From an uncultured Candidatus Saccharibacteria bacterium (GTDB lineage: Bacteria; Patescibacteriota; Minisyncoccia; Phycocordibacterales; Zambryskibacteraceae), in the NCBI GenBank assembly GCA_964355645.1, contig CAYHDI010000004.1, positions 1 through 48,346 of the forward strand: DNA of 48,346 bases, in the 5' to 3' direction. The first letter of the stretch is position 1, and every line of letters starts with the position of its first letter. The notes below the pieces were generated by a model. It made no database searches. It worked only from the letters and a program-made list of their open reading frames with translations, and was not told the DNA's origin. This document shows, one piece after another, positions 37,998 to 46,215 of this stretch. A program made the translations under genes and the position numbers.

Positions 37998-39140
37998 TTA
38001 AGAATTTTTGAGAACATTAGTAATCTCTCGAAGCATCCTCTCTTTTCCAAAGAAATCCAACTTCTCTTTTCCTTTCTCTACGTACTTATCCGCAATTTCC
38101 TTATTCTTTAGAATATTGATAATAGAATTTTTAATTGTTTCTTTGTCATTATACTTAAACAATTCACCGTTTAAACCACTGTTTATTACTTCTATATTTC
38201 CTCCCGCATCACTGCAAAGAATCGGAACTTCTAGGTATAAAACTTCTAAAAGTTGATGAGACAAACCTTCGTATGAAGTATTGAGCACAAACAAATCAGA
38301 AGCTTTTATATATTCGAACAAATCATTCTGTTTCATTTTACCAGTCAAAACCACGAGATCTTCTGTCCCATTTTTCTTCACACAATTAGCTAAATAATCT
38401 TTGTCTGGCCCATCCCCAACAATATAAAGCTTCACTCCTTTTACCTTTTTAGAAATATCTTTCATCAAAGAAATCAAGGTGTCGAAACCTTTCCATGACA
38501 CCAATCTGCCGACAGAAATAATCATCGGAAAATTAATATTGAATTTCTTTCTCATTTCATCCCTCGTGCCATGAAAATCTGGAGCATGAAAGGCGTTGTA
38601 GATTACTTGAATCTTGTCTCCATTAATCCCCCAATTTATTACTATTTTCTTTAGATAATTTGAAGGTACGATTATTTTATCTGCATGATTAGTCACAAAA
38701 AATTCTACTTTTTTCAAAACACGAACTAAGAATGGATACTTGTCATACTCTGTGGAAAATTGATCTAGGAGGTCTGTCACTCCACTTCGCTGTAATCCTT
38801 GTTCCCAAGCATAATCTCCAACAATTTTTAAATAAAACTTTTTACATGTAAACTTGGCTACCACTAAAGCCGATAGACCAACAGAAACCGGATCTTGGGC
38901 ATAAATTATTCTGCAACCAAAACTTGAAAACAAAACTTTAAAGAAATATAGAACATGTCTAATAATCTTCGGATATTTGATAACCCAACCGAAGCTCTGA
39001 ACCTTTATACCAATTCCACGTGAAGGCAATTTCTCTAAAAGCAATTTTGAATAAGTCGCTGGTCCACCGATTTGAGGAGGGAAAATACCAGTACAAATTA
39101 AAACTTTTTTATTAGAATTTGCCATAGACATTTTCTCCAT
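37998..39140 (-). CDS. GT4 family glycosyltransferase
   Basis: GIFPPQIGGPATY, SVGRLVSWKG, NTSYEGLSHQLLE; true start may be a downstream Met. Confidence 0.87.
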   Translation of the reverse strand: MEKMSMANSNKKVLICTGIFPPQIGGPATYSKLLLEKLPSRGIGIKVQSFGWVIKYPKIIRHVLYFFKVLFSSFGCRIIYAQDPVSVGLSALVVAKFTCKKFYLKIVGDYAWEQGLQRSGVTDLLDQFSTEYDKYPFLVRVLKKVEFFVTNHADKIIVPSNYLKKIVINWGINGDKIQVIYNAFHAPDFHGTRDEMRKKFNINFPMIISVGRLVSWKGFDTLISLMKDISKKVKGVKLYIVGDGPDKDYLANCVKKNGTEDLVVLTGKMKQNDLFEYIKASDLFVLNTSYEGLSHQLLEVLYLEVPILCSDAGGNIEVINSGLNGELFKYNDKETIKNSIINILKNKEIADKYVEKGKEKLDFFGKERMLREITNVLKNS

Positions 39141-40059
39141 ACCAGTCTATTTCCTTTTTTAATCCTATTCTGAAATCAGTTTCTGGATTATATCCAAGAA
39201 GTTTACGTGCTTTATCTATCCTAGCACCTGTTTCAAGTTGGTCTCCCGGACGTTTTGGTATTATTTTTATTTTAGCTTTTTTGCCCATTAAATCCTCAAC
39301 AATCTTTAGGCCTCCTCCTGTGGTATTTGTTTTGTCATTTCCTAAATTAAAAGTTTCTCCAATTATTTCTGTATATTTATTCAAAGCTTTAATACAGCCG
39401 TCAATAATATCACCTACATAACTATAACTTCGAATATGCTTATCGCTCCCTTCAAACATGGTAATTTCTGAATCTTCGTATAATGCCTTTATAAGTTTAT
39501 AAAAAAACTTTTCTGGTCTCTCTCGTTCTCCGTACACGGAAAAGAAACGTAAATTTACAACTGGTAAACCTTTGTCGCGAAAATATGACAAGGCTAGCTG
39601 TTCGGCCGCAAGTTTAGTCACGCCATAATTAGATGTTGGGGCGGGGGCGTCCGTCTCTGGTCCACTTGCATGTGCCCCATAAACAGAGGATGTCGAGGCA
39701 TTAAAAAATGCTTTCAGATTTTTATTATCCTTAATTGATTCTAATAGCTTTTGTGTTGCAACAATATTATTATTTAAATAATCGTCAAAACTTGTCGATG
39801 AAGATATTCCTGGTTGTGCAGCCAAGTGAAATATAACTTCTGCATCTTTAACAATATCTGCAATATCATCAGAAACTAAATTTTTATAAAACATCTTTAC
39901 CCCTTGATCCTCAAGCTGTTTACACGTTAATTGCTTAATGCGAACATCATAGTAAGGAGTGAGAGTATCTATACCTGCAACTTCATGACCTTCTTTTATT
40001 AATCTCTCTGCGAGATGAGAGCCTATGGCACCAGCGGCACCTGTAACTATAATTTTCAT
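39112..40059 (-). CDS. NAD-dependent epimerase/dehydratase (UDP-glucuronate 4-epimerase-like SDR)
   Basis: TGAAGAIGS, HLAAQPG, ASTSSVYG, SNYGVTK (YxxxK), RFFSVYG. Confidence 0.88.
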   Translation of the reverse strand: MKIIVTGAAGAIGSHLAERLIKEGHEVAGIDTLTPYYDVRIKQLTCKQLEDQGVKMFYKNLVSDDIADIVKDAEVIFHLAAQPGISSSTSFDDYLNNNIVATQKLLESIKDNKNLKAFFNASTSSVYGAHASGPETDAPAPTSNYGVTKLAAEQLALSYFRDKGLPVVNLRFFSVYGERERPEKFFYKLIKALYEDSEITMFEGSDKHIRSYSYVGDIIDGCIKALNKYTEIIGETFNLGNDKTNTTGGGLKIVEDLMGKKAKIKIIPKRPGDQLETGARIDKARKLLGYNPETDFRIGLKKEIDWYGENVYGKF

Positions 40060-40097
40060 ATTAAGCTATTTTAACACAAATTTTATGATAGAAAAAA

Positions 40098-41216
40098 TTA
40101 GAAAAAAGGCTCAAACACTCGTTCTTTCATATTTTTAGCCACCAAATCCCATTCATATTTCTCCTTCACCACGCGACTCGCATTCTGAACTAATTTTATT
40201 TTTAATTCTGGATTATTTATAAGTTTCTTTACCTGTTCGGCAATGCTTTCTGGGTTGTTTACTTTACAAAATAACCCCGTCTCTCCGTCTTTTAGAAAAT
40301 CGACAACACCTCCAACTGGTGTGGTTATCACTGACAATCCTGCGGCCATGGCCTCTATAAAAGAATTCCCCATTCCTTCTGATAATGAAGGCCTAATGAA
40401 AATATCTGCGTCATGTAAATATTTTGGAATATCATCATATTTAATAAATCCTAAAAACTTCACTCTGTCTTCAAGATTTAAATTTTTAACTTTTTGCTTC
40501 AATGCTGATTCTAAAAGACCAATACCGACAATATGCAACTCGATATTTTCTGGTAAATACTTTAAAGCCTCAATAATATCCCCCACTCCATTCTTCGTCA
40601 CTAAACGAGAGGTGGTGATAAGGACAACTTTATCTTTGTGCAACATTCGATGTTGCACGTTTTCAAATTTTTTGACATTTACGCCATTTGGAATAACTTC
40701 AACTCTGCCTTTGTATCCAAGCCTCTGGGCCCGCTCCGCCAAGTAATGGCTGATAACCGTGAGAATATCTGTGTACCTCAGGGCCAACCTCCAAGATAAA
40801 TCAATTAATCCTAGCCATCTAAAACGCAAATGACTTTCGGAATCTCCCTCTTGCAAAGTAAGAACAATCGGTATTTTTTTCTGAAACCAGTTAGCAATGT
40901 AGGCCCCTCCAGAAGCGAAGGTGGCCATAACGCACCAGAACAAATCATAATGGTTTTTCTTATTTAAATTCAAAGCGAAAATTGCTCCCCAAAATGGCAA
41001 AAGAAGTTTATCAAGAAGCGAGAGACCAAACCCAAGTCTGTACACGTTTATATTTCCTATCTTTTCAATTTTTGGTAAATCTTTTTCAAATTTGGCTGTG
41101 ATTAAATCAAATTGGATATCAGGAAGTCTGTCTGTAATTTCTTTTATGGCAATTTCAGCCCCACCAATATATGGCAAATAGGCTGTGGAAAATATAAGGA
41201 TACGCTTGGATATCAT
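40098..41216 (-). CDS. GT4 family glycosyltransferase
   Basis: GGAE, PNGV, TSRLVTKNG, RPSLSEGMGNSFIEAMAAG; start set to ATG 41216. Confidence 0.88.
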   Translation of the reverse strand: MISKRILIFSTAYLPYIGGAEIAIKEITDRLPDIQFDLITAKFEKDLPKIEKIGNINVYRLGFGLSLLDKLLLPFWGAIFALNLNKKNHYDLFWCVMATFASGGAYIANWFQKKIPIVLTLQEGDSESHLRFRWLGLIDLSWRLALRYTDILTVISHYLAERAQRLGYKGRVEVIPNGVNVKKFENVQHRMLHKDKVVLITTSRLVTKNGVGDIIEALKYLPENIELHIVGIGLLESALKQKVKNLNLEDRVKFLGFIKYDDIPKYLHDADIFIRPSLSEGMGNSFIEAMAAGLSVITTPVGGVVDFLKDGETGLFCKVNNPESIAEQVKKLINNPELKIKLVQNASRVVKEKYEWDLVAKNMKERVFEPFF

Positions 41217-41242
41217 AAGATAATCCAATTATATTATGATTC

Positions 41243-43018
41243 TTAGTCAGTTTCAAGTAAGGCCTTTAATTCTTCAGCTGATGGTTCTTTTTTGTTTTTT
41301 TGCTCCGGTTTATGCTCAGTTTTCGGAGGTAATGAAGGATTGGGGGTTTTGACCATCGCCTTTGGCGAGGTCCCGCCACCGGCGGTGACTATATTCGAAA
41401 GAGCACTTCTTAAATCTGAAACATTTTGTTGACTCGGCTGGCGTTGATTGTTGTTTGGTTTCTTTAAATCCTCTAAAGAAATTGCTTTCAAGGGTTTGAA
41501 GTCGTCCCCGGGTACAAGCGGGGGTAGTTCCTTGCCCCGCGAAGCCTCGGCGAAGTGGGGCTTCTGTCGAACTGGTTCGGGTTTTTTTCTAATATCAATA
41601 GGTTGAGGTGCATGAAATTCTGGTCGAGATCTTTCTCTCTCTTTCTCTCTGGTTGGATACGGCCTCGGTTCAGAATTATATTGTGGTTTATATTCTGTTT
41701 GGCTTTCGACTTTTGGCTTTTCACTTTTTTCTATTTTGTGCCATTCGACAATCTCCTTTTCAACCACAGCTTTTGGACGCGAATAAATCTGGCGAGTATT
41801 CTCGATGATTTCCTTCACATATGTATTTTCCGGTAATTTAATCGGGGGAAGAGTGGTGGCCGAGAAAGGTGGAGAAGTCACACTATCAATCATTAATTTC
41901 AAATAAATTTGTCGTAGACCGAGGTTAACCAAATCTTCCTGAGTGAAAGTCGGCAGAAATTCCTTCTCCAAAACTTCAGCATCGTAGGCTCCAACTCGAA
42001 AGACAATCATGGTACCAACGTTCCCGAAAACTGCATCTCGAACTTCTTCTTCCATTTGTTCGATGTACTGATGTGCGATAGTTAAGTTGAGTTTGTATTT
42101 GCGTGCTTCAGAAAGAATGTCGGCGAAAGATTTGTCCGCGAAAGATTGAAATTCGTCTACATATAAATAAAAGTTTGGAAGCTTCGCGAGAGTTGTCGCG
42201 TTCTCGTCTGCTCGGCTCATGGCGGCAAGATAAATTTTGGTAATAAGCATTGAACCGAGGAGCCGAGCATTCCCCTCTCCTACTCGACCTTTGGACAAGT
42301 TCACAATCAAAATCTTCTTCTCGTCCATAATCTTGCGAAGATCGAAGGACGACTTGCTCTGTCCAATAATATTTCGAATCAATGGATTACCCGCGAACTG
42401 TCCAATTTTGTTCTGAATAGCTGGCGTGGCTTCCTGCGCATACTTGTCCGTATACTTCGCATATTCATCGACCCAAAAACTTTTGACTGAAATGTCTGTG
42501 ACATTGTCTACCACCTGTTTCCTAAATTCTTTGTCCGCGTACATTCTATTCACGGCGAGGAGTGTGGCACCCGGGAATTCAAGAAGTGCAAGCAAAGTGT
42601 TCTGAAGAATATAGGCCATACGCGCGCTCCAGGCATCCTCCCAAATCTTCTCAAAGATAGACATAAGACCGTTCACCACCAAGTGTCTTTTGTCTGCGCC
42701 CACATCTTCCATAATGTTGAAAGAAACCGGATAATCCATATCAAACGGCGCGAAATAAACCACATCTTTGATTCTATCCTCGGGAACATAATCCAAAAGC
42801 TTCTCGGCCGTACCTCCGTGTGGGTCGATGAAAACCACTCCTTCGCCATTCTGAATATCTTGAATGGCCATGTTCTCAAGAAGCGTGGACTTGCCCATGC
42901 CGGTCTTCCCTATCACATAAACATGTTTAGAGCGGTCGCTTGATTTTATACCGAAAGGGGTAAGCTTATTCCTCGCATCCGTTTGAGCAAAATATGTAAT
43001 CCTGTCAATATTCGCCAT
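41243..43018 (-). CDS. VirD4/TraG-like (HerA/FtsK superfamily) coupling ATPase with low-complexity tail
   Basis: IGKTGMGKS Walker A, FIDPHG, YLYVDEFQ Walker B, EARKY, AHQYIEQ. Start set to ATG 43018 (TATAAT 7 nt upstream), not 43177. Confidence 0.9.
   Translation of the reverse strand: MANIDRITYFAQTDARNKLTPFGIKSSDRSKHVYVIGKTGMGKSTLLENMAIQDIQNGEGVVFIDPHGGTAEKLLDYVPEDRIKDVVYFAPFDMDYPVSFNIMEDVGADKRHLVVNGLMSIFEKIWEDAWSARMAYILQNTLLALLEFPGATLLAVNRMYADKEFRKQVVDNVTDISVKSFWVDEYAKYTDKYAQEATPAIQNKIGQFAGNPLIRNIIGQSKSSFDLRKIMDEKKILIVNLSKGRVGEGNARLLGSMLITKIYLAAMSRADENATTLAKLPNFYLYVDEFQSFADKSFADILSEARKYKLNLTIAHQYIEQMEEEVRDAVFGNVGTMIVFRVGAYDAEVLEKEFLPTFTQEDLVNLGLRQIYLKLMIDSVTSPPFSATTLPPIKLPENTYVKEIIENTRQIYSRPKAVVEKEIVEWHKIEKSEKPKVESQTEYKPQYNSEPRPYPTREKERERSRPEFHAPQPIDIRKKPEPVRQKPHFAEASRGKELPPLVPGDDFKPLKAISLEDLKKPNNNQRQPSQQNVSDLRSALSNIVTAGGGTSPKAMVKTPNPSLPPKTEHKPEQKNKKEPSAEELKALLETD
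41531..41560 (+). repeat. 30-bp imperfect palindromic repeat (copy 2), in frame in the VirD4-like tail
   Basis: CTTGCCCCGCGAAGCCTCGGCGAAGTGGGG; 29/30 identical to the gatB copy. Confidence 0.9.
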
Positions 43019-43050
43019 TTGAAACATTATACAACATACAGAGAAAAAGG

Positions 43051-43078
43051 TTGACATAAAATTTGGAAAAGATACGAT
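43051..43078 (+). promoter_or_regulatory. sigma70 promoter for the ORFan at 43119
   Basis: TTGACA-16-TACGAT. Confidence 0.6.
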
Positions 43079-43118
43079 AGGCAAAGGAAGTACAAACCCG
43101 AACCAATTGGAGGGCGTG

Positions 43119-43430
43119 ATGGCCTGCCCACAGAACGTTGTGCCAATCATCCCCTCATACGATGAATGGATGGGCATGTTGGGAGTTTTCAGCTCGAATG
43201 AAGAGGCTTTGAAGCTGAGGCTAATTCTGTTCTTGAGGATGCTGGAACGTATTCGGATACATCACTATTCCGAATTCACGAGCCTTATGATTGGCGAAAT
43301 GAACGCAAGGCTCAGAGAGATGAAGTACCCGTGGGTGATTCAACCGGAACGGGAAGGAATCCCCTGGACCGAGCAGTGCCTCATCATCGTTCACCGAGAG
43401 AATGACATTCGTTGCTCGACCACCTGCTGA
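43119..43430 (+). CDS. Hypothetical ORFan (103 aa)
   Basis: GGAGG 5 nt before the ATG, own promoter and terminator; GC-richer than its neighbours by eye. Confidence 0.65.
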   Translation: MACPQNVVPIIPSYDEWMGMLGVFSSNEEALKLRLILFLRMLERIRIHHYSEFTSLMIGEMNARLREMKYPWVIQPEREGIPWTEQCLIIVHRENDIRCSTTC

Positions 43431-43459
43431 TGACCCACGAAGTTGTGGGTCATTTTTTT
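43431..43459 (+). terminator. Intrinsic terminator
   Basis: TGACCCAC...GTGGGTCA followed by TTTTTTT, directly after the TGA stop. Confidence 0.8.
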
Positions 43460-43461
43460 AT

Positions 43462-43548
43462 TCCCCCACCACCTTCAGGTATCGAGACACTCAGAAATTA
43501 TTTACTTAACTTTTATCAAATATATTTAATACCTGAAGTGGTGGGGGA
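43462..43548. repeat. 87-bp element with ~20-bp terminal inverted repeats
   Basis: TCCCCCACCACCTTCAGGTAT ... ATACCTGAAGTGGTGGGGGA (one indel) around an AT-rich spacer. Confidence 0.8.
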
Positions 43549-44772
43549 TTATTTAGGCAAAAACGCTCCAACTGTATAAGTATTCCCCGCGTCCCAAACC
43601 ATCCAAGAATTTAATCCAATATCGTATGTGGCTTTGATTTGAGCTCTGACTTCAGCTACTCCATAAGTGGCACCAAGATCGAAGTCTTGTAGCCACGGAC
43701 GAAGTTTCTGAACTGTTTCGTTTGCATCCATTCCCGGAGTGCTTGAGGCCAGAGCCAGAGCCTTGTCTATTCCACCCTGCATTGAAAACTTCACTACTTC
43801 ATACGGATGTTCGGCAGGATTTTTAAATCCATTCCAGGTGGGTGGATAGTGCGACGGATAAACCATCGGATCAACAAAGTCGAAGTAAGGCAAGGTGTTT
43901 TCCAAAACTTGTCCGATGCCCAAATCGTCTGTAGCCGTAGTATTCATCCCGAACAAATCAGCAGAAGTTTTCACTCCCACGGTTTTTAATTCGTCGTGCA
44001 AATAAACAAAAAAACTTTTCAGGACTTCAGCTTTTGTCATATAAACAGCTTGCCCCGTAGCATCTTCTGTAGAAGATTGCTTCGGGGTCCAGGTATAGTT
44101 CGTGTCTGCCATATTTCCATCCGAAGGATAGCGAATATAATCAAAATTTAATTCATCGAATCCAAGCGCATAGGATTTCTTCGAAAGATTGACAATATAA
44201 TCCCAATACGGCTTGGCCCCAACATCAATGAAAGATAGACCTTTGTGATCCTTCCAAACTCCCCCATCACTTTTTTTCCTTACAGCCAGCTCCGGATGAA
44301 GTTTGCTGTAGTAAGGATCTTGAAACACCGTGATGCGACCGATAGTATAAATATTGCTTTTGTGAAGTTCGGCCACAAAGTCGCTCATATCTTTCACTTT
44401 GCATCCTGAAACATCGTTGCCTTGAATAGTCGGGTCAACAATAGAAATGGTCCCGCTATAATCCTTGATGTCTATGACCACAGAGTTAAGTTCTGTATCC
44501 TCAATCATTTTCTGCATACTTTTTCTCCAAGAAGGAGTGCCCGCCACACAGGCAGTCATATAAATCGCCTTGACCGGATTTGGTGTTTCTACATGGGTAG
44601 CTACAAAGACTGGTTCGGAGTTGTCCAGAGCTATTTCACTTTTGGGATCCTTGTTCAAGATAGCGCTATAAGAAGTTTTAAAGAAAAAAGGTAGAGAAAA
44701 AATTAAAACGCAAAGAACAAAGGTGCCGAGCACCAGTGGCCAAATTAATTTTGAATTTTTCTTTATCACCAT
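43549..44772 (-). CDS. DUF4015-type putative glycoside hydrolase, membrane anchored
   Basis: N-terminal TM helix, KAIYMT, NSVVIDIKD, GRITVFQDP, GFDELNFDYIRYP, PMVYPSHY, RPWLQDF; start ATG 44772. Confidence 0.82.
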   Translation of the reverse strand: MVIKKNSKLIWPLVLGTFVLCVLIFSLPFFFKTSYSAILNKDPKSEIALDNSEPVFVATHVETPNPVKAIYMTACVAGTPSWRKSMQKMIEDTELNSVVIDIKDYSGTISIVDPTIQGNDVSGCKVKDMSDFVAELHKSNIYTIGRITVFQDPYYSKLHPELAVRKKSDGGVWKDHKGLSFIDVGAKPYWDYIVNLSKKSYALGFDELNFDYIRYPSDGNMADTNYTWTPKQSSTEDATGQAVYMTKAEVLKSFFVYLHDELKTVGVKTSADLFGMNTTATDDLGIGQVLENTLPYFDFVDPMVYPSHYPPTWNGFKNPAEHPYEVVKFSMQGGIDKALALASSTPGMDANETVQKLRPWLQDFDLGATYGVAEVRAQIKATYDIGLNSWMVWDAGNTYTVGAFLPK

Positions 44773-44773
44773 A

Positions 44774-45040
44774 CTAGAGTGATGAATCAGCTGGAGGTAA
44801 TGTCTCGTTCGAAAGCATGTTCTCGGCTTCAACATCTGTGAGTGCACGTTTCCTTGCCTGGCGTTTGTGCATCTTCGCTTTCAAAGATAGTCGCTTGTCT
44901 ACCGAAATAAGGACTGACAACAAAACGATAGACAATCCTCCCACTACTTCAAAAAATGATTCCCAGCTGTGAGGGAAGCCCAAAAGAGGCAGAAGGGCGA
45001 TGATGAATCCTATAGTTAAGATGATTTTACTTTTCGGCAT
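44774..45040 (-). CDS. Small two-TM membrane protein
   Basis: IGFIIALLPLLGFPHSW hairpin-type membrane protein with a basic tail. Confidence 0.7.
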   Translation of the reverse strand: MPKSKIILTIGFIIALLPLLGFPHSWESFFEVVGGLSIVLLSVLISVDKRLSLKAKMHKRQARKRALTDVEAENMLSNETLPPADSSL

Positions 45041-45078
45041 GATGTATATTTATAGTGAGCTTGTCGAACCATTATAGC

Positions 45079-45687
45079 TTAATTAGAATCGGTACGAAAC
45101 ATCTTTCTCTTTACCACACTTCCAATCGCAATGACCAAAACAACAATGATGATAATGAAAACAACGTGCTTCACTGTACTGGTGGCAGAGATAAGAGAAC
45201 TGATTTTTTGATGAAAGAAGTAACCAATAAAAAAGAAAAAAGGCGAGAAGGCACAAGCTGATAAAAAGTTAAAAGTAAGAAATTTCTTCCAAGGCACACC
45301 AACATAACCAGCCACGAGAGGCGAAGCGAAACGAAGCCCAGAAACAAACCTCATCAGAAACATAGTTCGAAAAGTATTCTCCTGCATTTTCCTCTTCACA
45401 TAATCAAAGATGTTGTTGCTGATATGCCTCTCGAGCATCAGAGCGAAACGAGAACCTTTTTTAGACAACCAAAAGAAAACTGTATCTGCGGTAAATGAAG
45501 CCAGAATTGAAACAACAAGCATCGGCCAGAGGCTCACATAACCAAGCGAAGTAATATACCCCACTATGATTAAAGAAATATCTTCAGAAATAGGAACGAT
45601 GTGCCCAGAAGCGGCAATCACTAAAAATAACCCGAGATACGAAAGTTGTTCGAGCCATACGATGTGATTGATAATATCTGGGGACAT
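45079..45687 (-). CDS. DedA family membrane protein
   Basis: PISED, ADTVFFWLS, RFVSGLRFASPLVAG (DedA Arg motif). Confidence 0.88.
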   Translation of the reverse strand: MSPDIINHIVWLEQLSYLGLFLVIAASGHIVPISEDISLIIVGYITSLGYVSLWPMLVVSILASFTADTVFFWLSKKGSRFALMLERHISNNIFDYVKRKMQENTFRTMFLMRFVSGLRFASPLVAGYVGVPWKKFLTFNFLSACAFSPFFFFIGYFFHQKISSLISATSTVKHVVFIIIIVVLVIAIGSVVKRKMFRTDSN

Positions 45688-45767
45688 AAATTGACGAAGT
45701 GGTGCGTCCTAAAGTAGAACAAAGTTCACTTCAGGACAGCACAGAACTGAACTTCGTTCTAGTTCTG

Positions 45768-45840
45768 TGCGCGCGCCAGGGGTCGAACCTGGGACCTACC
45801 GAGTATCAGTCGATTGCTCTACCAGCTGAGCTACGCGCGC
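45768..45840 (-). tRNA. tRNA-Ile(GAU), CCA not encoded
   Basis: GCGCGCG acceptor stem, GCTC/GAGC D-stem, ATCGA-CT-GAT-AC-TCGGT anticodon arm, CCAGG-TTCGACC-CCTGG T-arm, discriminator A. Confidence 0.95.
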
Positions 45841-45902
45841 GCGGAGTAAAATATATCAAAAATAGGGCTTTTAAACAATCCTTCGACCAGCTTGGGATAA
45901 AG

Positions 45903-45930
45903 AAAAACGCCCCGACGAAACATCGGGGCG
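45903..45930 (-). terminator. Intrinsic terminator
   Basis: CGCCCCGA/TCGGGGCG stem followed by a T-run on the minus strand. Confidence 0.8.
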
Positions 45931-45947
45931 ATGAAAGGTTCTCTCTT

Positions 45948-46085
45948 CTACCAGAGAGGCCACCCGTGAGTGGCGAGACGAAGAAGAAACAAACCAAGCC
46001 CAACAAGAACTGCGGGCAATCTCCATCGTGGAGACGACCCTGACATGATTCTCTCGCGCCTTTCTCTGGCAGACTGAGTAGACAT
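45948..46085 (-). CDS. 45-aa single-TM small protein
   Basis: AAGGAGG (46091-46097) precedes ATG 46085; MSTQSARERRERIMSGSSPRWRLPAVLVGLGLFLLRLATHGWPLW; terminator follows. Confidence 0.6.
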   Translation of the reverse strand: MSTQSARERRERIMSGSSPRWRLPAVLVGLGLFLLRLATHGWPLW

Positions 46086-46143
46086 TGAATCCTCCTTGGG
46101 ATTCGGTGGTAAACAATGGTGGGGCGTTCGACTTCTAATTCTT

Positions 46144-46171
46144 AACTTACTCTCCTCATAAAATTTGTCAA
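46144..46171 (-). promoter_or_regulatory. sigma70 promoter for the 45-aa ORF
   Basis: TTGACA-16-TAAGTT. Confidence 0.55.
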
Positions 46172-46177
46172 CAAATG

Positions 46178-46206
46178 AAAAGACCCACACAAACTACATG
46201 TGGGCC
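46178..46206 (-). terminator. Intrinsic terminator
   Basis: GGCCCACAT/GTGTGGGTC stem (two G-U pairs) plus TTTT. Confidence 0.65.
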
Positions 46207-46215
46207 GTGTTCCAA

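Noticed and set aside
41243-43018. Conjugative element or T4SS
   Set aside because: No VirB4, relaxase, oriT or mating-pair genes in the window.
43019-43177. N-terminal extension of the VirD4-like ORF given by the track
   Set aside because: It overlaps the opposite-strand cassette and its promoter; ATG 43018 has a properly placed -10 box.
45716-45760. LexA (Cheo-type) boxes
   Set aside because: The spacer is 3 nt rather than 4, the motifs are embedded in longer stems, and no SOS gene lies downstream.
45699-46043. 114-aa plus-strand ORF (and 45806..46006)
   Set aside because: They overlap tRNA-Ile and terminators; spurious.
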